From IMG/VR virus record IMGVR_UViG_3300025655_000041, positions 1-57,850 of that record: a DNA stretch of 57,850 nucleotides, one strand, 5' to 3'. The notes beneath the pieces were generated by a model, which was not told where the DNA came from, did not search any database, and saw nothing but the letters and a program-made list of their open reading frames with translations. Of the stretch, positions 27,401-37,699 are shown piece by piece (positions within the stretch are counted from its first letter, which is position 1; each line of letters opens with the position of its first letter). Source of the stretch: a virus. Taxonomy: Duplodnaviria; Caudoviricetes. The position numbers and the translations under genes are program-made.

Positions 27401-28231
27401 CTATTTAGCAGACAAAGGTCCACCATACTTTACTGTGTAGGCTTCACCGCCAGCTGACTTATATTGTACTTGAGATATCGGTCCTTTACTTCCACTACTG
27501 AGCATTGAAGCTAGTCCCATTGGGATACCCTCTTCTTTTGCTTTATCCATAAGCATAGGCATTAAACCACCCATATTAGCGTATACTGCGCCGCCTTGTG
27601 AATAATAGTCTGAGTCAGGGTCATCGTAATCAAAAGATTCTCCAAATCTCATATTATCAATCTCTAATGGTTTTGGATTATCTAAATAATAATCGCTCAT
27701 ATCCCGACTTTTAAGTGTTTTTCCTTTATCACTTAATCGATAGGGTCTTACAATCCTGCCTCCGCTGCCGCCGCTAGCATACAGTGGTCCAACATGACCA
27801 CCCTTATTAAACAAACCAAAGGCTTTACCAGCAAGCATTGCAGCACCAATGTAAGGTACTGCTGTGCCTAGCGTTGCCATTAAACCTGTGCCTGCCCCTG
27901 TAGCTGCACTGCCACTTAATGCACCTGTAGTTAATTCAGCAGGAATACCCCCTGCAAGTAGTGATGCATCAGCTGTAATAGCTGCTTCTGCTGTTGGAGC
28001 AGCACTACTAAACATTCCTGTTAATGCTTCTCCTGCTGGAGCTATAACGTTTTCATTCATAAAAGTAGCACCTTTATCAACTGTAGCAGTCATAGCTCTA
28101 TTAGCTGCCATATCAGTCATCTGTTGTGCAGCTGATTTTTCTTGAGGAGCCATCGGTTGAGGAGTTGGTCTATAGAGTGGTCCTTGCCTAGGATCCTCTT
28201 CTCTTCGTAGTTTAGCTAGTTGAACAGCCAT
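27401..28231 (-). CDS. Internal virion / ejection protein
   Basis: Gly/Ala-rich, repeated xxGG motifs, position. Confidence 0.6.
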   Translation of the reverse strand: MAVQLAKLRREEDPRQGPLYRPTPQPMAPQEKSAAQQMTDMAANRAMTATVDKGATFMNENVIAPAGEALTGMFSSAAPTAEAAITADASLLAGGIPAELTTGALSGSAATGAGTGLMATLGTAVPYIGAAMLAGKAFGLFNKGGHVGPLYASGGSGGRIVRPYRLSDKGKTLKSRDMSDYYLDNPKPLEIDNMRFGESFDYDDPDSDYYSQGGAVYANMGGLMPMLMDKAKEEGIPMGLASMLSSGSKGPISQVQYKSAGGEAYTVKYGGPLSAK

Positions 28232-28878
28232 TACTTACCACCTCCGCTTTGAGTAGATGTTTGTTGTTGTGGTGCATTACCAAGGTATCCAAAGTAACGC
28301 GAAGCTACCGTGTGAGGTGCATCAAGCCGTTGTTGCTCATACTGTTGTTTGGTAGTTCCTACTTCACCAAGACCAGTAATGCCACGCTCCATTGTTGCTT
28401 GACGATCTTTTTGTAACTCTAATGAGCGATCAGCAACAGCTCCCATCATCGCTTTTTCACCACGAGCAGAACCAAGTCCACCGGCAGAAGCAGCTTGACC
28501 TGCGGCGCTACCCATAAGATTTTCTAAGTCACGTCTACGAGCTGCGCTAGTGTCATACGCGCCTGTGCCAGCCATAGCATCCTCAGCTGCTTTCTTTTGT
28601 GCTTCCAATGCTTGTAGCTGCTCAGGGGTCATCTTTGCAACAACAGCATCAGCGCCGCCAGCTACATCAGCATCGTATTTCGCAGTAACATCAGCTAATA
28701 CAGATTTAAGATATGGCTTAAATTCTGGGTCAATACCGCTAGTTGTTGTTGTAGTTTTAGCACCACCTTTATTACAAATATGATTATTGAAATGCTTATG
28801 TAGAGACTTTGGAGCGTCCTCCGGTACTTCTACTCGCATATCAAAGATTCCTAGATTTGGATTCGAATCTTCGAACAT
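28231..28878 (-). CDS. Putative internal virion protein
   Basis: KGG..TTTT N-terminal motif, Ala/Gln-rich. Confidence 0.55.
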   Translation of the reverse strand: MFEDSNPNLGIFDMRVEVPEDAPKSLHKHFNNHICNKGGAKTTTTTSGIDPEFKPYLKSVLADVTAKYDADVAGGADAVVAKMTPEQLQALEAQKKAAEDAMAGTGAYDTSAARRRDLENLMGSAAGQAASAGGLGSARGEKAMMGAVADRSLELQKDRQATMERGITGLGEVGTTKQQYEQQRLDAPHTVASRYFGYLGNAPQQQTSTQSGGGK

Positions 28879-29349
28879 TTAATTCTCCTGTATTACGCCT
28901 CTGACTGAGACATGAATTGCCGAATTATAACGGCGTTGCAAGAAACGACCATAATTCATAGCTTCTTGCTCGCTACGAATAGAGTCGGCTCGCCAATGTT
29001 TACCACCATACTCTTTAGTATGTGCAATCATGGCATCGAATAAACGATAGACTGTAAAGGCGTTATTGTAGTCATGATCAACAATACAATCCTTAACATC
29101 CATTATATATTCGTTAGTATAGTAGTTAGTAAAAGATTCAGCAGAAAGAAAACCCCTTAGCTGCCCGTCTACATAGTCGCCTATTACAAGCGCATGAGGG
29201 GTTTCTTTTTGTTTTTCTACCAGTCCAACAAAATACTTTATCCATACAGCTTCATTCCGCTTATAGCCAAAGTACTCATTGTCTTCTGTTGATTTATTCA
29301 TTAGCGTAATAGCTTCGAATACATCATTGTCCTCTAGTTTTTTTATCAT
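28879..29349 (-). CDS. GNAT-fold-like protein in the morphogenesis block
   Basis: Size, LRGFL strand pattern, position just before the ejection proteins. Confidence 0.45.
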   Translation of the reverse strand: MIKKLEDNDVFEAITLMNKSTEDNEYFGYKRNEAVWIKYFVGLVEKQKETPHALVIGDYVDGQLRGFLSAESFTNYYTNEYIMDVKDCIVDHDYNNAFTVYRLFDAMIAHTKEYGGKHWRADSIRSEQEAMNYGRFLQRRYNSAIHVSVRGVIQEN

Positions 29350-30032
29350 TATTGAATTCCTGCTATAAAACCACGTAATAATGGGCGATAATAAAGAGGG
29401 CTTGTTGTAAAATTAATATCATTATAGCCTATTACCGCGCTTTTTATTTTAAAAGAAGTGCTAGTATCTCTTAAAATTCCTGTAGTTATCCAAAACTGGT
29501 TGCCTGGACCGGCATAAACAGGTACTGGAAAACTTCCTTGGAATGAAAAGAAATTTGCTGTTGAAGGAATACTATAAGGCCCAGTTTCTACTAGAGTTGA
29601 ATAAGAACCAACTTGAGTATACACAGGCAAAGTATCTTTTACTGAAATTAATTTAGAAGTACTTGTAAAGGTAAAATCATCATTAGCATTTTTTACAGCA
29701 AAACCAAAAGGATTAGATCCAGTAATTGTTGGAGAGCCTGTAACATATTTAATATATCTAAGTGGTGTAATTTGAATTGGAGACCAAATTGTAACTCTAC
29801 CACCCCGACGCCACATTGTTATATGTGCATTTGTTGTATAATCACTTATATCTATAAACACTTCTTCATTTGATGCTAATCCTAATATATCAAAGTACCA
29901 CCAACTAAATGGGTGCTGTATCATTGTTGCAGTTTGAATAGTAGTTGTTGGTAAAAATTCAAGTGAAGGATATTCGCTATCAATAACAGTATTTCCACTA
30001 CTATTTTTTATAATTGTACCAAAAGACATCAA
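29349..30032 (-). CDS. Tail-associated protein
   Basis: Beta-rich; FG..IKN.SG..VIDS motif. Confidence 0.55.
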   Translation of the reverse strand: MMSFGTIIKNSSGNTVIDSEYPSLEFLPTTTIQTATMIQHPFSWWYFDILGLASNEEVFIDISDYTTNAHITMWRRGGRVTIWSPIQITPLRYIKYVTGSPTITGSNPFGFAVKNANDDFTFTSTSKLISVKDTLPVYTQVGSYSTLVETGPYSIPSTANFFSFQGSFPVPVYAGPGNQFWITTGILRDTSTSFKIKSAVIGYNDINFTTSPLYYRPLLRGFIAGIQ

Positions 30033-30322
30033 TCTACTCTAATAAACTTAACAATAAAATCATTAGTAAAGTCATTACTATTATTTGGAACGCTCCAAGA
30101 AAAATTTGTATCATTTGAAAAATTTAAATATGGAGCTCCCCTAGTATCTGTAATTATTCTTGGAGTTCCAAGTGCTATACCTTTAGAGTTTAAATAATTA
30201 GTAGGAGCAACTCCCGAACCCGAATAGCCGGTATAATTTACTTCTCCAATTACTCTTGCTGTTTTTAAATTTGCGACACTAACAAAGCCTTCGCTTGTTT
30301 CTACTAAAAAATCAAATGACAT
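30029..30322 (-). CDS. Tail-associated small protein
   Basis: Position and composition. Confidence 0.55.
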   Translation of the reverse strand: MSFDFLVETSEGFVSVANLKTARVIGEVNYTGYSGSGVAPTNYLNSKGIALGTPRIITDTRGAPYLNFSNDTNFSWSVPNNSNDFTNDFIVKFIRVD

Positions 30323-30331
30323 ATTTATATC

Positions 30332-31612
30332 CTATGGTAAAAAGTTTAAACCGCCTACGGCTACTCTAAGAGTTCCACTATCCCAAACTTCAATTCTATT
30401 GTGAATAGAATTAAAATACATTCCTGTTGCATTAGATGTAGGAGTACCAGCTGTTGAACTAGTTGGTAATGTAGTATAAATAGCTGAGCCATCTTTTGAT
30501 ATTTGTAACTGTTCAGCACTAATACTATTAGCTGAAATTGCAGCAGCTACCATACTATCTGCAATAACGCCACCTCTAACATTTACGTTGTTAAATTCTG
30601 CACTACCACTTGAACGAGCAATTTGCCAGCCACTATTTCCTGCAATATAATTATCTGATTGGATATTAGTTCCAAAGTTTACAGATGCAATCGGTGGGGA
30701 AAAAATTACAGTTGCAGTAGCTGCTCCTGCAACCTTAGTTATTCGATATCTAGAACTCCAAAATAAAGAAGTAGTAGAAGTAACATTAACTGTAACTGGC
30801 GTAGTTTGCCAATTGCTAGTTAAGCCTACAAATGTTCCTGTGGTAAAATTAAAATCAGTAGCAGAAGGGGTTGCTGGCGAGGAAGCTTGTGGAATTGTAT
30901 AATAGATTAATCCACTTTCAAGTTCTGCACCATCAATACCATTACTACCAGTCGCTCCATCTTCAACCATTTTTATAGGGCTAGACCAAGTTAATGTGCT
31001 ATCAACTCCTTGTGATCCTGCAATACTTGCAGTTGCTGTTGAGATATAAACTGGGTCTGAACCACTAGGTAGAAAATTATACCAAGTATCTGAAGGTGGA
31101 TTGCCTGTTGGTGGTGTTAAAGTAGTTGTAGTAAAGTTATAAGAACCGCCTGTTGGCGTACTAGGCTGACTTGCTTTCCTAATATACGCTTCACAAACAA
31201 AAAAACTTTGTCCATTAACAGAAAGAATTGAAGGTGTTGACCAACTTGAACTTGCAATTATTTCTGATCCTGTATTCGAAGAAATATTAGTTGTTGTTAC
31301 CCAGAGGTAGTCACCATTGATAACGCCAGGAGGTGATCTTTCCCAATTAGAAGTTCCAAAAGGAGCAGCAGGTGTAAATACATTTGTTGCATAATTAAAA
31401 GTAACATCTACATCCATTGCAGTTGGGGTAGCCCCTGTTGTTCTTGTATAAAGAAATAGTGTAGCTGCACTAACAGCATCAACAGATACAACAGCAGACG
31501 CTGCTGGGTTTATACTTGGTCCAAGCAACCCCTTGTTAATTGCCTCAGTAACTTGATTCATCCACGAATCTTGAGGACTATCACCAGATATAGGTGGACG
31601 AATAATTGCCAT
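30332..31612 (-). CDS. Tail fibre/tip protein
   Basis: S/T-rich repeats; IQSDNY..G.SGWQI...GSAEFNNV.VRG tail-tip-like motif. Confidence 0.7.
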   Translation of the reverse strand: MAIIRPPISGDSPQDSWMNQVTEAINKGLLGPSINPAASAVVSVDAVSAATLFLYTRTTGATPTAMDVDVTFNYATNVFTPAAPFGTSNWERSPPGVINGDYLWVTTTNISSNTGSEIIASSSWSTPSILSVNGQSFFVCEAYIRKASQPSTPTGGSYNFTTTTLTPPTGNPPSDTWYNFLPSGSDPVYISTATASIAGSQGVDSTLTWSSPIKMVEDGATGSNGIDGAELESGLIYYTIPQASSPATPSATDFNFTTGTFVGLTSNWQTTPVTVNVTSTTSLFWSSRYRITKVAGAATATVIFSPPIASVNFGTNIQSDNYIAGNSGWQIARSSGSAEFNNVNVRGGVIADSMVAAAISANSISAEQLQISKDGSAIYTTLPTSSTAGTPTSNATGMYFNSIHNRIEVWDSGTLRVAVGGLNFLP

Positions 31613-33480
31613 TATCTAGTTCCCCCTTTAAGGATTTCATATTGCAATCCAGAAACATTCCATTCATTAGTAGCTGTTTCGGTTAACTTATAGTTTAGAA
31701 ATCGCCCTGATTCCTTAATATCTATTTTATAATCACTTGCAACTACAAAGTTATTAGTGACACCTGTTGTTGGATTAACATTATCTCCGGGGTAATTACT
31801 ACCTTTAACGTACATTGTTAGTGTAGCATTAGCGCCTTCTACCTTCATTGCAATAGTAGACAATGTTTCAGTATCAAACTCAGGACTCATAGCAAGCCTT
31901 CTACGTTCTACAAATGATTCATAGGCAGTAGAGTCTACTAAAGAATAAGTTTTATCACCGTACATTAACTCTGTTCCGTAGGCAAACAAAGGAACTCTTT
32001 CATTAGGGTTATTATCATAAGGTGCAATATCACCTGAAGTAATAGTGCTATTCATTCTCCGAATAGTCCAATTATTTAACCTATAATTCCAAATAAGACA
32101 TTCATTAATTGTTGTGCTGCTACCTTTAGGGTAGCAAATCCATAGCTCATCTTTAGACTGATAACGTAGAATAAAAAGTTTTTGTTCTTGTGCTTTATTT
32201 AGGTTATCGATAAGATAACGCCGAACCCTGCCATCAGCTACTGATTTAATAGACCCTGGATGCCCTCCAAACACATAAATATCATTACTACCAACAACAA
32301 AGTGTTGACCATCGTACTCTTGAATTGCTTCAATTGTTTGAGCGCCATAACTATCTGTTACTGTAGAAAAAGAAAACGGTACAGCAGTACTACCTGTCTG
32401 CTCTAATGAATGAATAGAATTATTTGTATAAATATACATTCTACCCTGTAGCTCTGCCATGTCTTGAACAGTCCCAGTTGAAGATAGAGTAAACTCATCT
32501 GCTGTGTTAGTGCCAGCTGCAAAAGGATTCCAGTTAGCTGGTACTGCTCCTGGGGCAGCAACATCAGATGTCCTTACTACACCAGCAAGCCGTCTTATAA
32601 TTACTGTATTTGTACTATCATATTCCGTTAAGTTACCAGCAACTAACAAATTTTTATAAGATCTAATAACACCACAACGTACTCTTACAATATTAGCCGA
32701 TCTCACTTTACAAATAACAGTATCACCGTTTTGTATCATAGCAATACTAGGTGTTATAATTGTTGTATTAGTTGAAGCCTGATTAGAACAAGTAAACGTA
32801 GTTTGATTATTACCATCTGCATCAACTGAATTACTTCCTAATGCACTAAACTTAGCATAATTTCTAATTGTATTAGTAGCACTATTAATAATAGTAATTG
32901 TTGCTTCTTGTTTACTAAAGTCTACTAGCTGCCCTAAGTTAAAGTCTAGTGTTTGATTAGCAGAATCCCATACAGCAGAAGATATTTCTTCATTAGCATA
33001 GTAAGAATCCCAGCCTGGAAGTTCATACATATCTAAGTTAGCAATGTTAGTATTTCCAGGAATATCCTGAACATACAGTGGTCTTTCAACTCCATTATTA
33101 ATAATAAAAGTAAAACCACCATTAAATAAAGTATGTTGCCAAACACCGCCTTGGGCAATCCCTGACTTTAATACCTCAGTAGTTTGCACACCGTCATTCT
33201 TTAATGCGTGTATTGTATCTGTAGATCCATTGTTAGTTACTACAATATAATAACCAGTTCCAGGATTAAGGTTTGGGTTATCCCAAAACGCTACGTATAT
33301 AATAGGATCGGAGAAAGGCGTTGTTATTGCCTCCTCTCCTTCCATTTTTCTAACTGCACCATCTCTAAATCTAACATTAAGACAATCAGTAAAAATGTTT
33401 TGTGCAAGAGAAGCGGCAGGTAAATCTTTTACTACACCTGCAGATGCTATATCATTAATTGGTACGACTTGACCTGCCAT
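31612..33480 (-). CDS. Tail nozzle / tubular protein B (P22 gp10- or T7 gp12-like)
   Basis: 622 aa, beta-propeller-like, ELWICYP...LIWNY...WT. Confidence 0.7.
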   Translation of the reverse strand: MAGQVVPINDIASAGVVKDLPAASLAQNIFTDCLNVRFRDGAVRKMEGEEAITTPFSDPIIYVAFWDNPNLNPGTGYYIVVTNNGSTDTIHALKNDGVQTTEVLKSGIAQGGVWQHTLFNGGFTFIINNGVERPLYVQDIPGNTNIANLDMYELPGWDSYYANEEISSAVWDSANQTLDFNLGQLVDFSKQEATITIINSATNTIRNYAKFSALGSNSVDADGNNQTTFTCSNQASTNTTIITPSIAMIQNGDTVICKVRSANIVRVRCGVIRSYKNLLVAGNLTEYDSTNTVIIRRLAGVVRTSDVAAPGAVPANWNPFAAGTNTADEFTLSSTGTVQDMAELQGRMYIYTNNSIHSLEQTGSTAVPFSFSTVTDSYGAQTIEAIQEYDGQHFVVGSNDIYVFGGHPGSIKSVADGRVRRYLIDNLNKAQEQKLFILRYQSKDELWICYPKGSSTTINECLIWNYRLNNWTIRRMNSTITSGDIAPYDNNPNERVPLFAYGTELMYGDKTYSLVDSTAYESFVERRRLAMSPEFDTETLSTIAMKVEGANATLTMYVKGSNYPGDNVNPTTGVTNNFVVASDYKIDIKESGRFLNYKLTETATNEWNVSGLQYEILKGGTR

Positions 33481-33491
33481 TTATTTCTCCT

Positions 33492-35234
33492 TTAAGAACA
33501 CTCTTTTTGGCCAGTAAGCGGGTCGATAAAGCAAGCTTCAACCTTTCCTTCTTCTGTAGCCATTTCCTTAGTTTCGCCATGTATCGTCTTTTCTTCTTCC
33601 ACGGTTTCTTGATTAAAGATCCCGAACCTTTTACCACTAAGTCTGAACGTTGTGCATCCCTTCGCCCCGCCTTTCCAGGCATCAACATAGACCTGTTTGA
33701 ACTCATCATACGATACATCGTCTCCCACGTTACACGTTTTAGAACACGCTGAGTCAATGTATTTTTGTGCCATGAGTAAAACTTCGAGGTGATCTTGTAC
33801 ACTAATATCATTAGCAGACTTACCCTCAACTCCTTTAGAGTAGGCATAATCTTCTACACGCTCAACAATTGGACCATTAAAAGTTTGAATAGTTCTGTCA
33901 TAATAATGACTAAACACTGGCTCAATACCACCACTTACGTTATCTGCACAGAGACTAATAGTTCCTGTAGGTGCAATTGAAGTAAGGTGGCTATTGCGAA
34001 TACCGTTCTTTTCAATAAGGTTAATAACGTCTTCACTCAGTGTTTGAATAAATTTACCTGCTAGGTGTTTTTCTGCGTTATACAGCGGAAACGTTCCCTT
34101 TTCTCCTGCAAGTTCAGCTGAGGTTCTATAGGTTTCGTCTCGAAGCGTCTCGAAGACGGTAGCCATCCAAGTAAGGAAATCAGCTGAACCGTATTCGAAT
34201 CCAAGCATTTCTCCTGCGTTTGCGAGACCAGTAACTCCCAATCCCATCCGTCGTTTATTTCTTGCTTCATCTTCTTGTTCCTTAAGTGGGTAAATAGTAC
34301 GATCAATAACGTTATCCATTGCACGAACTACTTCGTGAATATCAGCTTCAAACTGAGGATAATCAAATCCGTTTATTTCATTTACATACTTAGTAAGATT
34401 AAATGAACCAAGTAGACAAGCACCAAACGGTGGTAGTGGTTGTTCACCACAAGGATTAGTTGCTTCAATCTTTTCGCAATAATAAAGATTGTTCATTTCA
34501 TTAATACGGTCTAGGAACAATACTCCAGGCTCTGCCCAATCCCAAGTAGACTGCATAATCTCCTCCCATAGCTCTACAGGGTCAATCATGTTATAGACTC
34601 GACCTTCAAACTCTAATGGGAATAAACTACCTTCTTCTAGACACACCATAAACTTATCTGTGATACCTACAGAAATATTAAAGCCTGTTAGCTTATCGCT
34701 ATTTCTTTTAGCACGAATAAAGTCGTAGATGTCAGGATGATCTACCCGAAGAACACCCATTTGTGCGCCTCTGCGGTGTCCACTACTAGCAATTGTTTGA
34801 CAGATAGCGTCATAGATACCCATGAAAGAAACAGGACCACTTGACTGTGACTCAAGCGATTTAATAAGATCACCACGAGGTCTAATACGACTAAAGTCAT
34901 ACCCGATACCGCCGCCACGGCGCATAGTTTCTGCTGCCTGTGTAGCTCGTAGCATAATGCTATCCATCGAGTCATCGATAATACCACTAACAAAACAATT
35001 ATAAGCAGTAGTAATCCGAGGACTACCCATTGCATTTTGTACGCGACCCGCTGGAAGGAACCTCATGTTACCAAGAATATCTTCTAGTTTATATTGATGC
35101 TCAATGCCATCGCTGAGTGCCTTTGCTATTCGTTTTACTTTCCCATCGAAGGTTTCACCTTCTAGTCGGTACTTCATGCGATCAATTTCTTCTGAAATAG
35201 GCATTGATGGGCCTACATACTCTGTGTTTCTCAT
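33492..35234 (-). CDS. nrdJ: Class II (B12-dependent) ribonucleotide reductase
   Basis: AYNCFV, GGGIG, RRGAQM, TNPCGEQ, IAPTGT, C-terminal Cys pair; no nrdB present. Confidence 0.9.
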   Translation of the reverse strand: MRNTEYVGPSMPISEEIDRMKYRLEGETFDGKVKRIAKALSDGIEHQYKLEDILGNMRFLPAGRVQNAMGSPRITTAYNCFVSGIIDDSMDSIMLRATQAAETMRRGGGIGYDFSRIRPRGDLIKSLESQSSGPVSFMGIYDAICQTIASSGHRRGAQMGVLRVDHPDIYDFIRAKRNSDKLTGFNISVGITDKFMVCLEEGSLFPLEFEGRVYNMIDPVELWEEIMQSTWDWAEPGVLFLDRINEMNNLYYCEKIEATNPCGEQPLPPFGACLLGSFNLTKYVNEINGFDYPQFEADIHEVVRAMDNVIDRTIYPLKEQEDEARNKRRMGLGVTGLANAGEMLGFEYGSADFLTWMATVFETLRDETYRTSAELAGEKGTFPLYNAEKHLAGKFIQTLSEDVINLIEKNGIRNSHLTSIAPTGTISLCADNVSGGIEPVFSHYYDRTIQTFNGPIVERVEDYAYSKGVEGKSANDISVQDHLEVLLMAQKYIDSACSKTCNVGDDVSYDEFKQVYVDAWKGGAKGCTTFRLSGKRFGIFNQETVEEEKTIHGETKEMATEEGKVEACFIDPLTGQKECS

Positions 35235-35268
35235 GTGATATCATCCTATATTTATAGTGAACGTTTTT

Positions 35269-35288
35269 CCCCTTATAGGGCGTTTTTT
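35269..35288 (-). promoter_or_regulatory. Variant of the phage promoter motif upstream of nrdJ
   Basis: Minus strand AAAAAACGCCCTATAAGGGG. Confidence 0.4.
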
Positions 35289-35725
35289 ACACTACGCATA
35301 CGGGCGACAAGTCTTTCTGCTCTGTTAGTTACTTGCTGATACCATCTACTATCAACCATTTCTACTGCTGCTCGATGCCAATCACCAGCGTCTACAGCTG
35401 TCTTCATTCCTTTAAACTTACTTAGCCGAGGATAACCCATATTAAACATCATATTAGCAATAATTAATTGGACTTCTTCGGGCAAAAGCTCAAAGTTTGA
35501 GTATAGTTTTTTGCAATCTTCGAGCACAATTCGGGTGTCGCTAGCGAAACACTCATTAACTCTATCTGCTGAGACAGGTGTGCCAGGTGCCTGTCCATAC
35601 TCAGGATCGCTATCGAGAATAAGATGACCAATACCAAAAGTAGGGAGGTTAAGGTGATCCAAGTAGATTTCATACTTACATCCTTCATCGATTTTAAGTT
35701 CCTCTCTAAGCTGCTCTATATTCAT
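35273..35725 (-). CDS. Lysozyme / endolysin (T4-like GH24)
   Basis: DEG...YLD...PTFGIGH, MFNMG, SRWYQQV..RA. Confidence 0.9.
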   Translation of the reverse strand: MNIEQLREELKIDEGCKYEIYLDHLNLPTFGIGHLILDSDPEYGQAPGTPVSADRVNECFASDTRIVLEDCKKLYSNFELLPEEVQLIIANMMFNMGYPRLSKFKGMKTAVDAGDWHRAAVEMVDSRWYQQVTNRAERLVARMRSVKNAL

Positions 35726-35997
35726 GTTGTCCTCACTGTAGCTGCTTTGGTATTCTTAACATACTGCTTACCTTGTTTAATACCCTTACGTTTCTTTTTA
35801 GTTGTTGCAGCATATTCTTTATCAGTAAGACTAGCAAGTTTAGCTTTAGGTAAGTACCTCTCCCCTGTAGCATCTTTCCCTACAATAGAATTCTTACCGC
35901 TTTTAGTACCCCAATCTTGACCAGTCCATTTAATCATTGAAATGGCTTCTTCTGAGAGTGGTCCTTTTCTTTTAGGTTTTCTTTTTGGAGACCTCAT
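35722..35997 (-). CDS. Small basic conserved phage protein
   Basis: KWTGQDWGTKSGK...TGERYLPKA. Confidence 0.7.
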   Translation of the reverse strand: MRSPKRKPKRKGPLSEEAISMIKWTGQDWGTKSGKNSIVGKDATGERYLPKAKLASLTDKEYAATTKKKRKGIKQGKQYVKNTKAATVRTT

Positions 35998-36200
35998 GTT
36001 TTATAGCCTCCACCCTTAGCCTTATATTCTCTTGCCACCATTTGCATTTTCCTAGCACTGTTTTGTCCAGGCTTGCCGCCTTTACTACCTGCAAGAATTC
36101 GTTCATAGATACTCTTACGTAATGCTGGCTTAGTATAATTACCTGCACTATTAACAGTGCTTTTCTTTTTCTTTGCTAGTGGACCTGGTCGTTTCATCAT
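35994..36200 (-). CDS. Small basic conserved phage protein
   Basis: GNYTKP.LRK...GSKGGKPGQ.SARK.Q...YK.KGGGYK. Confidence 0.7.
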   Translation of the reverse strand: MMKRPGPLAKKKKSTVNSAGNYTKPALRKSIYERILAGSKGGKPGQNSARKMQMVAREYKAKGGGYKT

Positions 36201-36592
36201 TTAGCTTTCCCCTTAACCTTTTCAAATGTTCTAAGTCCACCAAGACCAAGCATACCCATAAGTACTGTCATAAGTGTTTCCATTTCAAATTCAGGCAAAG
36301 TAGGAATTTCTACAGCAAACCAACTAACAAAGAATAGGGTTATAGGTAATCCTACAAAGTGCCAGAATAGTGCAATGCCACATGTCCACCCGATAAAAGG
36401 TCTCCAACCCGCTACAAACATATTACGGCTAGCCGCTTCTGCTTTGTTTATTTCTAGTTGTCCTTTAGCTAACTCTTGAGCATGTCGCTCACCCATAGTA
36501 GCTAGCTCATGAGCAATCCTAGCCTTCTCATCTGCATCAGGAATAAACTTATCTAGTAGTCCTGTTACTGGACCAATTAAAGCTTGTATCAT
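36197..36592 (-). CDS. Holin (3TM, GTA-holin-like family)
   Basis: EINKAEA...FVAGWRPFIGW...MLGLGGLRTFEK. Confidence 0.8.
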   Translation of the reverse strand: MIQALIGPVTGLLDKFIPDADEKARIAHELATMGERHAQELAKGQLEINKAEAASRNMFVAGWRPFIGWTCGIALFWHFVGLPITLFFVSWFAVEIPTLPEFEMETLMTVLMGMLGLGGLRTFEKVKGKAK

Positions 36593-36789
36593 ATACCAGT
36601 GCCTCCTTCTGATAGCCTACATTTAAATGCCTGTGGATTAAAATCAGGCATAGTTAAGATTGAGTCTCTCATTTCTTCTGTTCTTTTAATACAACTACTG
36701 CGAGTCATATACGGTCCTCTTGTATCTACAAACTCATAACATTCGCTAGGGTTTGAGATAAGACACGCCAATACTAGTGCTTCAAACAT
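36589..36789 (-). CDS. Small Cys-containing secreted-like protein
   Basis: MFEALVLAC...D.RGPY...C. Confidence 0.65.
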   Translation of the reverse strand: MFEALVLACLISNPSECYEFVDTRGPYMTRSSCIKRTEEMRDSILTMPDFNPQAFKCRLSEGGTGI

Positions 36790-36791
36790 AA

Positions 36792-36992
36792 TTAACTCTT
36801 ATGTTCGTGTCCCATCCAAATTCCAAAGACACCTGTCATAACTCCCATAACTACAGATACGAAAGCTGATTGAGCACCAGTTGGATTATCTAATAGCATG
36901 AACCACTCAGCACAACGCCAAGACATTATTGTTGATGCAAGCATCATAAGACGTGGAAGTATTTTCCACTTAAGAAAAGTTTCTACTGTCAT
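36792..36992 (-). CDS. Small membrane protein
   Basis: WKILPRLMM...WFM.L..PT..QSAFVSVV. Confidence 0.7.
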   Translation of the reverse strand: MTVETFLKWKILPRLMMLASTIMSWRCAEWFMLLDNPTGAQSAFVSVVMGVMTGVFGIWMGHEHKS

Positions 36993-37472
36993 TTAGAGTA
37001 CCACCGTAAATAAGAAAATAAATAATCCTATTGTAGCAATAATAACTGTTCCTATTAGAGCTACCTGTTGTATGGCTTCAAACATTTCAGATTGTCTTTG
37101 TAGCGCTTCTCTACGCGCTTTTGCTGCAGCCTCTTTAGCTTCTTGAATACGTCTTGCTCGTTCATCCACAATACCTTTCCAGGTACCAGGACCAAACCGC
37201 ATATCTATCATAGTAGCTATTTCCTGCATTTTCTCTTGAGCAATACGAGCATCTATTACTTCTCTAGCTACGTTATCAACTCCGAATTGATCACCTAGCC
37301 CTGCAGAAGATGCCTTCCTGTTTCTAGTTTGTTGTACTTGTTTTTCACCAGCAAAGAGGTTATCAATGTGTCCTGCAATATCACTAATATCGTTTGCGGT
37401 ATTGATCGCGCTTTTAATGCCATCTACGGCACTTTTAACAAGCGCAATTCCTGCTAGTGTTTCTGCTATCAT
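36993..37472 (-). CDS. Hypothetical protein with C-terminal TM helix
   Basis: 159 aa ORF. Confidence 0.75.
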   Translation of the reverse strand: MIAETLAGIALVKSAVDGIKSAINTANDISDIAGHIDNLFAGEKQVQQTRNRKASSAGLGDQFGVDNVAREVIDARIAQEKMQEIATMIDMRFGPGTWKGIVDERARRIQEAKEAAAKARREALQRQSEMFEAIQQVALIGTVIIATIGLFIFLFTVVL

Positions 37473-37699
37473 TAGTACACTTCTACACTCCTGGGATCAA
37501 CCCGTTTAGGAATACAGTATACCGTAACTCTGTCTTTAGGGTCGGTAAACTGACTACTGACATAGTTACCATATCGTTTAGCTAGTTGGGAGGCGAAGTA
37601 GTTACACCTATCAATAGAGTAAAAGTACATATCGTTACTGATAAGTGTTCTACTATCGCCAGTTCCCAAGTACGCCATTAATAAAAAGGCGTGTATCAT
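37472..37699 (-). CDS. Hypothetical protein
   Basis: Start MIHAFLL overlaps the upstream stop. Confidence 0.65.
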   Translation of the reverse strand: MIHAFLLMAYLGTGDSRTLISNDMYFYSIDRCNYFASQLAKRYGNYVSSQFTDPKDRVTVYCIPKRVDPRSVEVY

